NCBI GenBank assembly: GCA_049696515.1
Contig: JBAVTZ010000173.1
Location: 292 to 64,291, forward strand
Reading direction: 5' to 3'
From: Candidatus Cybelea sp.
GTDB lineage: Bacteria > Vulcanimicrobiota > Vulcanimicrobiia > Vulcanimicrobiales > Vulcanimicrobiaceae
DNA: 64,000 nucleotides
Position numbers and translations under genes: made by a program
Shown here: piece by piece, positions 27,689-37,315 of the stretch
Position numbering within the stretch: the stretch's first letter is position 1
Layout of the letters: each line of letters starts with the position of its first letter
The notes under the pieces: generated by a model
What the model saw: the letters and a program-made list of their open reading frames with translations, nothing else
The model's database searches: none
Told to the model about the DNA's origin: nothing

Positions 27689-28536
27689 GATGAAGGAACG
27701 TCAAACTGCGGGATCGCGTCACCATCGAGAAAGACCGCTAACTCGCTGGGCGAAAACTGCAGTCCCGCCCAGAAGGGGCCGAAGTCGCCGAAGCGTGCAC
27801 TCGCTTCGTCGAACCGCATCTCGTAGATCAGCTTTTTAAAGACCAGGGGATCGTCGGCGTAGAGGTCGACGCCCCACTCGAAATCGTCGAAGCCGACCGA
27901 ACCGGAGATCACTTGGGTCACGCGACCGTGATAAGAGCGGCCCACACCGCCGTGCGCGCTCATCATCTTGGCCCGCGCCTCGAAGCCAAGAATATACCAG
28001 TTCTGCACTTCGCCGCGCCGCTTGCTCATCGGATAGAAGCATTGGTAACGCCGCGCGGGGATCTTTGCCCACAAGCGGGGACCGACGTAGGGGCTCTCGG
28101 CTTGCTTGCGCATCAGCTCGTCGAATGCCGCAATCCACTCGGGCGATTGCGGGGCCAAACCACGCTGGTTCAGTTCCGCGTGAATTTTTGCGGTCGCATC
28201 GTACAGACCCAGCTCTAAGACGGACACATACGATCCGTGGGGGACCAGAAACTCCCGCAGCTCGAGTTTGTCAACCAGCGTCTGCGCGTACGCCAGACCC
28301 TCGAAGGTGCGCGCGTAATGAGTGAGCATGAGGTCGCCTTTGTGACCCACGATTTGCGTAAGGCCGACGTCGCCCTCATCGTTGCCCTTGAGATGATCCA
28401 CCAGATCGGCCGCATGGCCCGCATACTTGTTGCGCCGTTTTTCGGGTAACGCGTCCCAGCCGCGGCGATTGAACGCAAAGATGCGATGGAGAATCCACCA
28501 ACCTTCGAGCGATTCAGGAACGTTCGGATCGCGCAT
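27685..28536 (-). CDS. hemQ: chlorite-dismutase-family coproheme decarboxylase (HemQ/ChdC)
   Basis: GWWILHRIFAF ..., CFYPMSKRRGEVQNWY, LIYEMRFDEAS: the typical HemQ pattern. Confidence 0.8.
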   Translation of the reverse strand: MRDPNVPESLEGWWILHRIFAFNRRGWDALPEKRRNKYAGHAADLVDHLKGNDEGDVGLTQIVGHKGDLMLTHYARTFEGLAYAQTLVDKLELREFLVPHGSYVSVLELGLYDATAKIHAELNQRGLAPQSPEWIAAFDELMRKQAESPYVGPRLWAKIPARRYQCFYPMSKRRGEVQNWYILGFEARAKMMSAHGGVGRSYHGRVTQVISGSVGFDDFEWGVDLYADDPLVFKKLIYEMRFDEASARFGDFGPFWAGLQFSPSELAVFLDGDAIPQFDVPSS

Positions 28537-28560
28537 CTCGTCTGCCGGTTCGTTTCTTCC

Positions 28561-29538
28561 CTAGCGACCGTGGGCCAATACCTTGGCGCGTTTCACCTCG
28601 GCTTCGACTTCAGCCTCCAGCCGATCGGGGTGCTCGCGGTATTTAGCCCAAAGCGGCGGCGTGTGCGTGATGTCGTTGAGTACCCGCGTGTAGACGGCAT
28701 TGACCGGCGTCGGTACGTGCCGCTCAAGACCGGCGGCGGCGACTGCGCCGTTGAGCACGCCTACCTCGGTCTGCGGCTTTGCGCGGCGCAAGTCGAGCAG
28801 CAGCGATGGCGGCTTCGTGCCGCGTGCCCCGGCGATGCTATGCGCCATCAGGGTCCTCGATAGCGGGCTGGGCAGACTCGCAACCCCGAAGAGCGCTCGA
28901 ACGGGATAGCGCGGCAAGTCAATCGGCTCGATCCCGAGCGCTTGCATCGCGGCGCGGACCTCACGGATCATGCGGATCTCAAGCGTGAAGATCTTTTCGA
29001 AGTGTACGAACCGGTTCGGCAAGACGTTGAGGATCGCGCAACTCGCGTTGGCGACCACATTGAGCGCGAGCTTGCTCCACTTCAACGCACGCCAGTCCTC
29101 GACGATTTTCACCGTCATTCCGGTCCCGGCAAAGGTGGCTGCCAGCCAGTTGTATGCGTTTGAGCCCATCGGCGCAAGCGCTAAACCGCCCTCGTGCGCC
29201 GGGCGGGCGTTCCCGTCGCGGTCACGATCGACGGGCGTGGTGAGCGCCGCAGCTACCACGTTATCTGCACCAAAAACGGCGGCCAGCTTTTCCTCGTTGC
29301 CGACGCCGTTCTGGGGCGTCACAAAGACGCACTTTTCCGGGTACGGGATAGCCCTGCGCAGCGTTTCGATCGCGCCGTCGGTATCGTAGGCTTTGGTCGC
29401 AACCAGCGCGACGTCCGCGTCGAAGGAGCGCACCTCCTCCAAGCCCCGGGGCGCATAAGCCACCTCGATTTCGACGGCTTTGAGCATATCGCCTAAGTAG
29501 GTACCGACGGCACCTTTTCCTACGATGTAAACCTTCAC
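28561..29538 (-). CDS. ketopantoate reductase family (PanE/ApbA-like) oxidoreductase
   Basis: [14 protein letters not shown] Rossmann start, about 325 aa. 4-nt overlap with dut. Confidence 0.7.
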   Translation of the reverse strand: MKVYIVGKGAVGTYLGDMLKAVEIEVAYAPRGLEEVRSFDADVALVATKAYDTDGAIETLRRAIPYPEKCVFVTPQNGVGNEEKLAAVFGADNVVAAALTTPVDRDRDGNARPAHEGGLALAPMGSNAYNWLAATFAGTGMTVKIVEDWRALKWSKLALNVVANASCAILNVLPNRFVHFEKIFTLEIRMIREVRAAMQALGIEPIDLPRYPVRALFGVASLPSPLSRTLMAHSIAGARGTKPPSLLLDLRRAKPQTEVGVLNGAVAAAGLERHVPTPVNAVYTRVLNDITHTPPLWAKYREHPDRLEAEVEAEVKRAKVLAHGR

Positions 29539-30008
29539 TCGGAAACGCCCGTCGAACCGAAACCTCCGTCGCCGCGCGCCGTCGGCGGCAGCTCCTCTAC
29601 CAAATCGAAACGAGCCCGCGAGACCGGCGCGACCACGATCTGAGCGATCCGATCGCCCCGGCGGATTACGACCGGTTGCGTACCAAAATTGGCCAGCACC
29701 ACCGCCAGCTCACCCCGATAGTCGGCGTCGATTGTGCCGGGCGCGTTAAGGCAAGTCACCCCGCTGCGGATTGCCAAACCGCTGCGGGGACGAATCTGCG
29801 CCTCATACCCAGAGGGAAGCGCGATCGAAAACCCGGTCGGAACGAGCGCACGCGCACCGGGCAGCAGGGTCAACTGCTCGCGAATAGCGGCGCAGAGATC
29901 GGCGCCGGCCGCATGTTCGCTCATGTATCCCGGCAACGGCAACCCTTCGCCTTGCGGAAGACGTCGAAGTGCGACACGCACGCGCTCCGTTGCGACGTTA
30001 GAGGTCAC
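29535..30008 (-). CDS. dut: dUTP diphosphatase
   Basis: GADLCA, RPRSGLA and [10 protein letters not shown] motifs. Confidence 0.9.
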   Translation of the reverse strand: MTSNVATERVRVALRRLPQGEGLPLPGYMSEHAAGADLCAAIREQLTLLPGARALVPTGFSIALPSGYEAQIRPRSGLAIRSGVTCLNAPGTIDADYRGELAVVLANFGTQPVVIRRGDRIAQIVVAPVSRARFDLVEELPPTARGDGGFGSTGVSE

Positions 30009-30023
30009 TATAGCGACAGGCCA

Positions 30024-30506
30024 CTATAACTGGGCCAGCTCTTCTCGGAAACTTTCGATATCGCGAAAGGACCGATACACGCTTGCAAAGCGGATATAGG
30101 CGACCGGGTCGAGCGCGCGCAGCGCTTCCATGAGTTTCTCTCCTACCAAGGCCGACGGTACCTCGCTTTCGCCGCGCGCGAAGAGCTCGCGTTCTAGATC
30201 GGCGGCCACCGCTTCCATGCGGCTCTCGGAAATCGGCCTTTTCTCGCACGCCTTACGCAGGCCGGCGAGAATCTTCTCACGGCTGTACTGTTCGCGCCGG
30301 CCATCCTTTTTGACGACGAAGAGGCGCGGAACTTCCATACGCTCGTAAGTGGTAAAGCGATGTTTGCAGCGCGGGTCCAAGCACTCACGCCGGCGGCGAA
30401 CGACGGTCTCGTCGTCGCGCGAGTCGACGACTCGCGTCTCACTCTTGCGACAGGTAGGGCAAGTCAGCGGTAAGTCACTCCCCCACGGCACATGTTGTGG
30501 GTGCAC
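30024..30506 (-). CDS. nrdR: transcriptional repressor NrdR
   Basis: Zinc ribbon CPTCRKSETRVVDSR ... RRRRECLDPRCKHRFTTYE plus an ATP-cone. The true start is probably a non-ATG codon nearer the first Cys, so the 5' coordinate is uncertain. Confidence 0.85.
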   Translation of the reverse strand: MHPQHVPWGSDLPLTCPTCRKSETRVVDSRDDETVVRRRRECLDPRCKHRFTTYERMEVPRLFVVKKDGRREQYSREKILAGLRKACEKRPISESRMEAVAADLERELFARGESEVPSALVGEKLMEALRALDPVAYIRFASVYRSFRDIESFREELAQL

Positions 30507-30536
30507 GTATTATACGTCACTACGGGTAGGTAACGC

Positions 30537-30567
30537 AAAAAAGCCCCAACGTGCTAAGCACGTTGGG
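30537..30567 (-). terminator. rho-independent terminator
   Basis: On the minus strand: CCCAACGTGC-tta-GCACGTTGGG followed by GCTTTTTT. Downstream of the small zinc-ribbon gene. Confidence 0.7.
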
Positions 30568-30592
30568 ACCGAACGCGGCACCGCTCTTACCC

Positions 30593-30739
30593 TCAGGCAG
30601 AGCCGATCTTGAACATTTTGGTACCGCAAACCGGGCACTTGCCTTCCGTCGCCGGGCGCCCGTTCTTCATGGTGATTTGAACTGCGTCTTTGATTTCGCG
30701 CTTGGCCTTGCACTTTACGCAATACGCTTCTGCTGCCAA
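30593..30739 (-). CDS. 48-aa zinc-ribbon protein (DUF5679-like)
   Basis: GGAGG lies 8 nt upstream of the TTG at 30739. Sequence AAEAYCVKCKAKREIKDAVQITMKNGRPATEGKCPVCGTKMFKIGSA with CxxC ... CxxC. The rest of the tracked 165-aa ORF looks non-coding. Confidence 0.6.
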   Translation of the reverse strand: MAAEAYCVKCKAKREIKDAVQITMKNGRPATEGKCPVCGTKMFKIGSA

Positions 30740-30823
30740 CTCAGGTACCTCCGTTGCGGCCTGCCTATTCCGTTGGGCGTTGCTGATTCCCCCCGGCATT
30801 CCTAGCGTATCGACACTAAGCGC

Positions 30824-31729
30824 GTGATGGAGCCCGAAATGCGGGAGCCGACCTACGAAAGCCGCGAGCGGATGGAAGCCGTTCGCGGGCAAGCCTTCGA
30901 GGTGGCCGCGGCCGGCCTTTGGTGCTGCGGGGACCTGGGAGGACTCGCACGGCCGTGTGTGGCGATCGTCGGAACGCGGGCGGCGACACCATACGGGCGG
31001 AGCCTCGCTTACCGGTTTTCGGCCGAGCTTGGGCGAGCCGGATGCTGCATCATTTCGGGACTGGCGCTCGGCATCGACGGAGCCGCGCACGAGGGAGCGC
31101 TAAGCGTGCGTGCGGCGACGATCGGCGTGCTCGGCAGCGGTCACCACCAGTTTTTCCCGCCGCGCAATCGCGCGCTGGCGGAGCGAATCCTTGCCAACGG
31201 TGGAGCGGTGCTCTCGCCCTACCCACCCGACCAGGAGGCACGTCCCGGCCAGTTCCTTGCCCGCAACGGGGTCGTTGCGGGACTGGCCGATGCCGTGCTG
31301 GTCGTCGAAGCTCCGGCCCGTAGCGGCGCGCTCAATACCGCCGGTTGGGCTGCGGGCCGGATCCCGGTTCTCGCCGTGCCGGGTGACGTCGACCGCAAAC
31401 ACGTCCAAGGCTGCCTCGCGCTGATCCGCGACGGCGCTACCCTCGCCCGCAACTCCCAGGACGTCCTCGAGGCACTCGGGCACCAGCCCGTCCTTCCGCT
31501 GAGGGCAGCCGTGCCACCGGCGCGCGATGCAGCCTCCGAGGCGCTACTGAACGCACTCGAAGCCGGCGCCTACGAATTTGACGAGATCGTCGCTGCAAGC
31601 GGCGTGGCCGCTCCCGCGGCACTGGCCGCCCTTGCTCTACTCGAACTCGAAGGCACGATCGAATCTCGCGGGGCTTCACGGTATGCGCGGGTCGCCTGTC
31701 TACTGGTCGGCGAAGATCAGAGTGAATGA
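30824..31729 (+). CDS. dprA: DNA-processing protein DprA (short form without the N-terminal SAM-like domain)
   Basis: VAIVGTRAATPYG, SGLALGIDGAAH, Rossmann-like core and a C-terminal winged helix. The start is uncertain. Confidence 0.85.
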   Translation: MMEPEMREPTYESRERMEAVRGQAFEVAAAGLWCCGDLGGLARPCVAIVGTRAATPYGRSLAYRFSAELGRAGCCIISGLALGIDGAAHEGALSVRAATIGVLGSGHHQFFPPRNRALAERILANGGAVLSPYPPDQEARPGQFLARNGVVAGLADAVLVVEAPARSGALNTAGWAAGRIPVLAVPGDVDRKHVQGCLALIRDGATLARNSQDVLEALGHQPVLPLRAAVPPARDAASEALLNALEAGAYEFDEIVAASGVAAPAALAALALLELEGTIESRGASRYARVACLLVGEDQSE

Positions 31730-33408
31730 ATCTGCGCGCCACCCAACACACTCCACATTTTGAGGACGCGCTACGCGCGTTTGCCGACGCCGCGGCGACT
31801 GTCGTTGCGGCCAGGTATCCTTCCAGCGAAACAGCCATTGCGTTCGAGGCGCCGCGCCGGCCGGAGTTCGGTGACTTTGCGACCAATTTGGCCTTCTCGC
31901 TGGCCAAAGTGGCACGGCGTTCGCCTCAAGACGTGGCGGCGGGCTTGGTAGCGGAACTCGAGCAGCGTTCGCCCGAACTCGCACAAATCTTCAGCCGTAT
32001 CGAGGCGGTGGCGGGATTCATTAATCTGCGTCTGGCCCCCGCGGTTTGGCAGGCAACGATCGCGCGAATCCTTCAAGAGGGCGAAGAGTTCGGAGCAAGG
32101 CCGCGCAAGGGTTCCCGGGTCTCGCTGGAGTTCGGCAGCGCCAATCCGACCGGGCCGCTCGTGGTGGTGCAGGGGCGTTCGATGTCGATCGGTGCGACGC
32201 TCGCCAACGCTTTACGCTTTTGTGGTTACGACGTCTTCGTTGAATGGATCATCAACGATGCGGGCGGTCAGCTCGACGCGCTGGGGCGCTCGCTCTACGC
32301 GCGCTATCGCCAGCTCTCCGAACCAGCCTACGCCTTGCCGGAAGATGGCTATCCGGGCGCATATCTCATCCCACTCGCGCGCCAAATACGAGAGCACGAC
32401 GGCGAGCGATGGATCGCGGCGGCAGAATCGGAATGGCTGCCGTACTTTTCGAAGTTTGGCCGCGACGCGATCGTTGCCGAGCAGCAGCAGACTGCTCGAC
32501 GCTTCGGCGTCACCTACGACCGCTGGCAAAGCGAACAAGACCTTCACGAAACCGGTAAGGTACGCGAAGGAGTGGAGCACTTACGCCGGCTCGGCCTCAC
32601 GTACGAGCGCGATGGCGCGGTCTTCTTCCGCGCGATGCAGTTTGGCGACGACAAGGACCGCGTCTTGCTTCGCAGCGACGGCCGGCCCACGTACTTTAGT
32701 ATGGACGTTGCCTATCACTACCAAAAGCTCAAAGACAGCGACCGTGTCGTCGACGTGCTCGGTCCCGACCACCACGGCTATATCGAACGCCTGAAAGGGA
32801 TCTCGTCGGCACTCGGCTTTCCGGGGCAACTGGAGGTCGTGATCGCGCAACAGGTGGCCCTCATGCGCGGGAGTGAGCAGGTCTCCATGAGCAAGCGCGC
32901 CGGCGAAATCGTGACGCTCGACGAGATTCTCGACGAGGTCGGAGTTGATGCAGCGCGCTTCTTCTTCGTCATGCTCGCGGTCGAATCGCCGCTCACCTTC
33001 GACCTGAAGCTGGCTGTCGAAAAAGAAAACGAGAATCCGGTCTATTACGTGCAATACGGCCACGCGCGGATTGCTTCGGTCCTGCGTCGCGCCCTCGCCG
33101 CCGACGTGCAGGAGGCTCGCACGGCTTCGCTCACGTCGCTCGTGCAGCCGACGGAACTTGCGCTGGCGCGGCGGCTGGCCGAGTTTCCCAACGTCGTCGC
33201 CGGAGTCGCCGCATATCTCGCCCCGCACCGCTTGGCGCGTTATGCGCGCGACGTCGCCTCGGAGTTCCACCAGTTCTATACCGAATGCAAGATCCTGGTC
33301 GAGGATCGCGAGGTGCGGCTTGCACGTCTCGCGCTCTGCCTAGCAGCAAAGACCGTGCTTGCACGCGCCCTGGCACTGATCGGCGTGAGCGCGCCGGATT
33401 CAATGTAG
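31726..33408 (+). CDS. argS: arginine--tRNA ligase (atypical HIGH region)
   Basis: SANPTGPL context, MSKRAGEIVTLDE, YYVQYGHARIASVLRR DALR domain. ATGA overlap with dprA. The HIGH position reads VVVQ. Confidence 0.9.
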   Translation: MNLRATQHTPHFEDALRAFADAAATVVAARYPSSETAIAFEAPRRPEFGDFATNLAFSLAKVARRSPQDVAAGLVAELEQRSPELAQIFSRIEAVAGFINLRLAPAVWQATIARILQEGEEFGARPRKGSRVSLEFGSANPTGPLVVVQGRSMSIGATLANALRFCGYDVFVEWIINDAGGQLDALGRSLYARYRQLSEPAYALPEDGYPGAYLIPLARQIREHDGERWIAAAESEWLPYFSKFGRDAIVAEQQQTARRFGVTYDRWQSEQDLHETGKVREGVEHLRRLGLTYERDGAVFFRAMQFGDDKDRVLLRSDGRPTYFSMDVAYHYQKLKDSDRVVDVLGPDHHGYIERLKGISSALGFPGQLEVVIAQQVALMRGSEQVSMSKRAGEIVTLDEILDEVGVDAARFFFVMLAVESPLTFDLKLAVEKENENPVYYVQYGHARIASVLRRALAADVQEARTASLTSLVQPTELALARRLAEFPNVVAGVAAYLAPHRLARYARDVASEFHQFYTECKILVEDREVRLARLALCLAAKTVLARALALIGVSAPDSM

Positions 33409-33426
33409 CGGGGTCTCGGAACCCAG

Positions 33427-35175
33427 GTGTCGGGACTGCTGGCGGCGCTGTGGCTGCTCGGCCTGTTCGTGGGAGCGCCGCTGCTGCGCACAAGTCCGCA
33501 ATATGCTTTCGTCGACCGGCTCCGCGATGCGCTGATCCTTGGCGTAGCGATTCCCTTTGCGCTCGGACTCGTTCACGGACTCTATCCGATCGCGTGCTGG
33601 GCAGTGCTGGTGATCTGCATCGCGCTTGCGTACCGGCGCCGCTTCGTTGCTAAGGATAGTGCGCCTCGCGGAGAGACGGTAGGCCAGCCGTACGTGCTCA
33701 TCGGCGCCCTAGTCGCGGTCGCCTGGCCTCAGCTGATGCGACCGCTCCTCGACGGCGATTCGCTCTCGTACCATCTCCCCAACGCCGCATCGTGGGTGCA
33801 GGCGCACTCGCTCTGGACGACCGCAACGCGCTACTGGTGGTATCCGCCCGCATCCGAGCTGTTCGCAAGCGCGCTCTACGCGGTCGGAGGCCCCTTCGCC
33901 CTACCATGGGCCGGGTTTGGCGCACTCGCGCTGCTCGGCTTTCGGATACACGCGTGGGCACGCCAGGTGTTCGCCGCAACACCGCTGCTCGCCGACGCGC
34001 TGGCTGCAGCGACCGTAACCGCATACCCTCTGGCAATCCAAGGAGGAACGCTGCAGAATGACGTGTGGCTCGCCGCTTTCTGGCTGGAAACACTTTGGCT
34101 GACTGGCCTACCAGGCGCAACCGCGACGGCGATGCGGACGATCGCGGTCACCGCCTTGATCAAGCCGCAGGGCTGGCTACTGGCTGCGATCGGACTCTTT
34201 GCATTCAAGGCGAAGCCCAGGCTCTGGCTTGCGTGGGCCGGTGCGCTTGTGCTCTGGATACTCCGCAATGCAGTCTTGTGGCGCGGAGCGATCGTTTCAC
34301 CGTCCAGCACCATCTACGGAAACATCGGTGGGTCGACGATCCTCGGACACGGAGCGCAGGCGCTCGCTTTGCTCGCGCGCGTTGCATTCCACCTGTCACC
34401 GTTTGCGTTGCTGGCTTTCTCCGCCGCCTTGTTGGGACCGCTGATCGCGCGGCGCGAGCCCCGATTGGGCTGGGCGGCTTTTGCCGCTGCGGCGCTCGTT
34501 TTCGTACTCCCGTTCGGCTATAACACCTCGGTCGCTCAGCTCGCGACCGGAGCGTCGCTGCGTTTGACCGCGCCGGCGATCGCTGCCGGCGCGTTGCTCT
34601 TCGCGCGGCCGGCGCTCCGAAACGTCGCTCTTTCTTCCGGATTGCTGCTCGCCTCGACGTTCTTCGGCGTCTGGTCGATCATGACGATTTTTTGGAACGA
34701 TGGCTCGACTCGCGTCGCCATTCCGATTGCCGCGCTGGCGATCGCCATCGCCGCGACCGCTCATCTGCGGCGCACTGCTTGGCCGAATGCGCTAGCCCTG
34801 GGAGTAGCCGTCATCGCAACAACCCATCTGGCGGCGCGTCATGCGCTCGACTATTACACGGATGCCCTGCGCGTCGGGCAATCTGCCCCCGGTCTATATC
34901 GCTGGATCGAAGCCACCCGCCCGGCGGCGATTGGAGGTTGGGGATTGCGTTTGGGCGTCGTCAACGTGCTCTCACCACAGACGCGCACCCTCGATCTTCT
35001 CGACACGGCGGCCTGCGCACAAGCTCGGCGTAATGGGGTTCTCCTGGTCGCAGTTGCCGAAAACGATCGCTCTCCCGGTTCCAACGCGCAACGTCTGGGC
35101 AGCGCTCGTGCTTGCGGTCAGATCGTCTACGACGACCCGATCGCGGTCGTCATCAAACCCTCGGCTGGGCGTTGA
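33427..35175 (+). CDS. large polytopic membrane protein (GT-C-like glycosyltransferase possible)
   Basis: 582 aa with more than 12 hydrophobic spans. No family recognised with confidence. Confidence 0.55.
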   Translation: MSGLLAALWLLGLFVGAPLLRTSPQYAFVDRLRDALILGVAIPFALGLVHGLYPIACWAVLVICIALAYRRRFVAKDSAPRGETVGQPYVLIGALVAVAWPQLMRPLLDGDSLSYHLPNAASWVQAHSLWTTATRYWWYPPASELFASALYAVGGPFALPWAGFGALALLGFRIHAWARQVFAATPLLADALAAATVTAYPLAIQGGTLQNDVWLAAFWLETLWLTGLPGATATAMRTIAVTALIKPQGWLLAAIGLFAFKAKPRLWLAWAGALVLWILRNAVLWRGAIVSPSSTIYGNIGGSTILGHGAQALALLARVAFHLSPFALLAFSAALLGPLIARREPRLGWAAFAAAALVFVLPFGYNTSVAQLATGASLRLTAPAIAAGALLFARPALRNVALSSGLLLASTFFGVWSIMTIFWNDGSTRVAIPIAALAIAIAATAHLRRTAWPNALALGVAVIATTHLAARHALDYYTDALRVGQSAPGLYRWIEATRPAAIGGWGLRLGVVNVLSPQTRTLDLLDTAACAQARRNGVLLVAVAENDRSPGSNAQRLGSARACGQIVYDDPIAVVIKPSAGR

Positions 35176-35181
35176 TCTCGC

Positions 35182-36264
35182 CTAGGATCCTTGCGCTTTT
35201 TCCAGCTGCGCGGCTATCCAAGGCCCCATGAAATAGCGCCAAACGATTTTGATCAGCGCGGCAACCGGAATGCCTAGGATTAGGCCGGGAATACCGAACA
35301 GCTCGCCCCCCGCAAAGACAGCGAACATCGCGCCCATCGGCGACACGCCCACCGACTGACCCATGATCTTTGGAACGAGCACGTTGTCGCTGATTCGTGC
35401 CATTCCGAACATTACGATTTGCACCCAAATGACCATCCAGAGCCCCTGCGGCGCGCTCATCGGAAGGGCGATGATCTGGGCAATGAGCATTCCTATGATC
35501 GGAATAGCGTAGGCGACGGCCGAGATGAGGCCGATAATCAGCGAGAATTTAAAGCCGAGGATCGCGGTAACGATTGCGATAACGGCACCGGTAATGGCGC
35601 TGACGACCACTTGACCCGAGATGTAGCTTCCAAATAACTGGGTTACTTCGGCCGCAAGCTTGCGCGCCGTCTCGCGTTTGCGAGTCGGAAACATCGAGGC
35701 GAAACCTTCAACGATCTGCGTGTCGTTGAGCAGGAAGAAGAACGACAGGATGATCGCCGAGAAGGCGATGAAGAAGCCGGTCGCGGTGTTGATCGCGATT
35801 GCCCCCAGCGAGGCGACCACCCCACTGATAATCGCCGATGTTTGCGTGGCGCCGACCTTGGAGACGTCGAAACCGTACGAGGTGAGTTTGAGCGTTGGTA
35901 AGTGCTGATCGACCGACCTCTCGATTTCGATTAGCCAAGTTTGACCGGTGCGAGCAAAGCTCGGAATGTTCGCCGCCAAGAGCTGCGTTTGGTCGATCGT
36001 GAGCGGTATCACGATCACCAAAAAAATCGCGATGACGACGAGCAAGCCTAGGAAGACGATCGAGATCGCCAGCGGCTTCGGCATGCGCCGTTCCAAACGG
36101 CCGGCAATCGGCTGCACGCCGAAAGCGATGAAGGCAGCAATGACGAAAATCGAGAGCGTACGCGGTATGTGCCGAGCCAACCAGAGCGCGGCCAGTGCGA
36201 GAATGACGCCTCCGGCGATCCATCCGATTCGGCGCCACAGGTCGCTGTTCAAAGCGGTTTGCAC
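35182..36264 (-). CDS. AI-2E family transporter (UPF0118/PerM-like)
   Basis: 360 aa with the typical AI-2E topology and N-terminal pattern FVIAAFIAFGVQPIAGRLERRMPKPLAI. GTG start. Confidence 0.8.
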   Translation of the reverse strand: MQTALNSDLWRRIGWIAGGVILALAALWLARHIPRTLSIFVIAAFIAFGVQPIAGRLERRMPKPLAISIVFLGLLVVIAIFLVIVIPLTIDQTQLLAANIPSFARTGQTWLIEIERSVDQHLPTLKLTSYGFDVSKVGATQTSAIISGVVASLGAIAINTATGFFIAFSAIILSFFFLLNDTQIVEGFASMFPTRKRETARKLAAEVTQLFGSYISGQVVVSAITGAVIAIVTAILGFKFSLIIGLISAVAYAIPIIGMLIAQIIALPMSAPQGLWMVIWVQIVMFGMARISDNVLVPKIMGQSVGVSPMGAMFAVFAGGELFGIPGLILGIPVAALIKIVWRYFMGPWIAAQLEKAQGS

Positions 36265-36728
36265 AACAGACGCCGTTCGGTTTGGTAGCCACTACGCGTA
36301 TAGAGCCGGCGCGCCGCTTCGTTCTCCTCGCTAACCATAAGCGCTATATACGCCAAACCGCGTCGTCTCGCCTCATTTTCGGCAGCGGCGAGCAGCGCCG
36401 CTCCGACGCCCTCGCCTTGGCACTGTGGTTCAACCGCCATATAGGCAATAAAGCCTTGAGGCAGTGAGGTTACCTCGTCCGGGAGCTGGTCGAGCAGGAG
36501 CAAAAAGCCCACGGGTCTATCGTCGCGTTGCGCGATCAGGGTCACGTGAGACTGATCTTCAACGATATCGCACAAACGCTCGAAGGCGGCCCGCACCATC
36601 GGTTCGGGTGCAGGGCGAAACGAACTCACGCTCGACATCGCCGAGCGCCGTCCCAATGCCTTGACGAAAGCGCGATCGGCAGCCGCTCGAGCTCCGCTGC
36701 GTTCGCCGAGCCGAACGCTGACCGTCAC
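36249..36728 (-). CDS. GNAT-family N-acetyltransferase
   Basis: Acetyl-CoA motif QCQGEGVGAALLAAAENEARRRG. The GTG at 36728 overlaps the pyrE stop (GTGA). Confidence 0.7.
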   Translation of the reverse strand: MTVSVRLGERSGARAAADRAFVKALGRRSAMSSVSSFRPAPEPMVRAAFERLCDIVEDQSHVTLIAQRDDRPVGFLLLLDQLPDEVTSLPQGFIAYMAVEPQCQGEGVGAALLAAAENEARRRGLAYIALMVSEENEAARRLYTRSGYQTERRLLCKPL

Positions 36729-37315
36729 GAACGGCGCGAGCCCGGGTCGCTGACTGGTTCGCCCGCGCGACACTGTGGGCACTCGCTCTCCTCGTACGAG
36801 ACGAGCGGCAGATCGAGCAAAGCGAAGGTCGGAACTTTCTCATCTTGCGCGAGGTCGGAGAGGTCCACGCCACGCACCACGACGACTCCAATGCCGGCGA
36901 TTAGCGCGCCATGGTGCCGGACGACCTCGATTACTTCGCGCACCGAAAGCCCGGTCGTAACGACGTCCTCGACGACCAGCGCGCGATCGGCAGCCGAGAG
37001 CGAAAAACCGCGGCGCAGGACGGGGAGGCTGTTTTCCTTTTCGACGAAGATGGCCTTAACGCCGAGCTGTCGCGCTATCTCGTAGCCAAGCAGAATGCCG
37101 CCGACTGCGGCACCGACGACGACGGTCGGCTTGACCGAACGAAACTGCTGCGCGATCGCGAGGGCTACCGGTTCGAGCAGCGCCGGATCTTCCAGAATGC
37201 GGAACTTTTGTACGAATCGATCGCTGTGACGCCCGGAACTCAAACGGAAGTGTCCCTTGAGAAGCGCTCCGCGCTCGCGGAGCGCCGAGTGCAGATCGAG
37301 CCGAGCGCCGGTCAT
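36725..37315 (-). CDS. pyrE: orotate phosphoribosyltransferase
   Basis: GHFRLSSGRHS and the PRPP motif VVEDVVTTGLS. Confidence 0.9.
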   Translation of the reverse strand: MTGARLDLHSALRERGALLKGHFRLSSGRHSDRFVQKFRILEDPALLEPVALAIAQQFRSVKPTVVVGAAVGGILLGYEIARQLGVKAIFVEKENSLPVLRRGFSLSAADRALVVEDVVTTGLSVREVIEVVRHHGALIAGIGVVVVRGVDLSDLAQDEKVPTFALLDLPLVSYEESECPQCRAGEPVSDPGSRRS

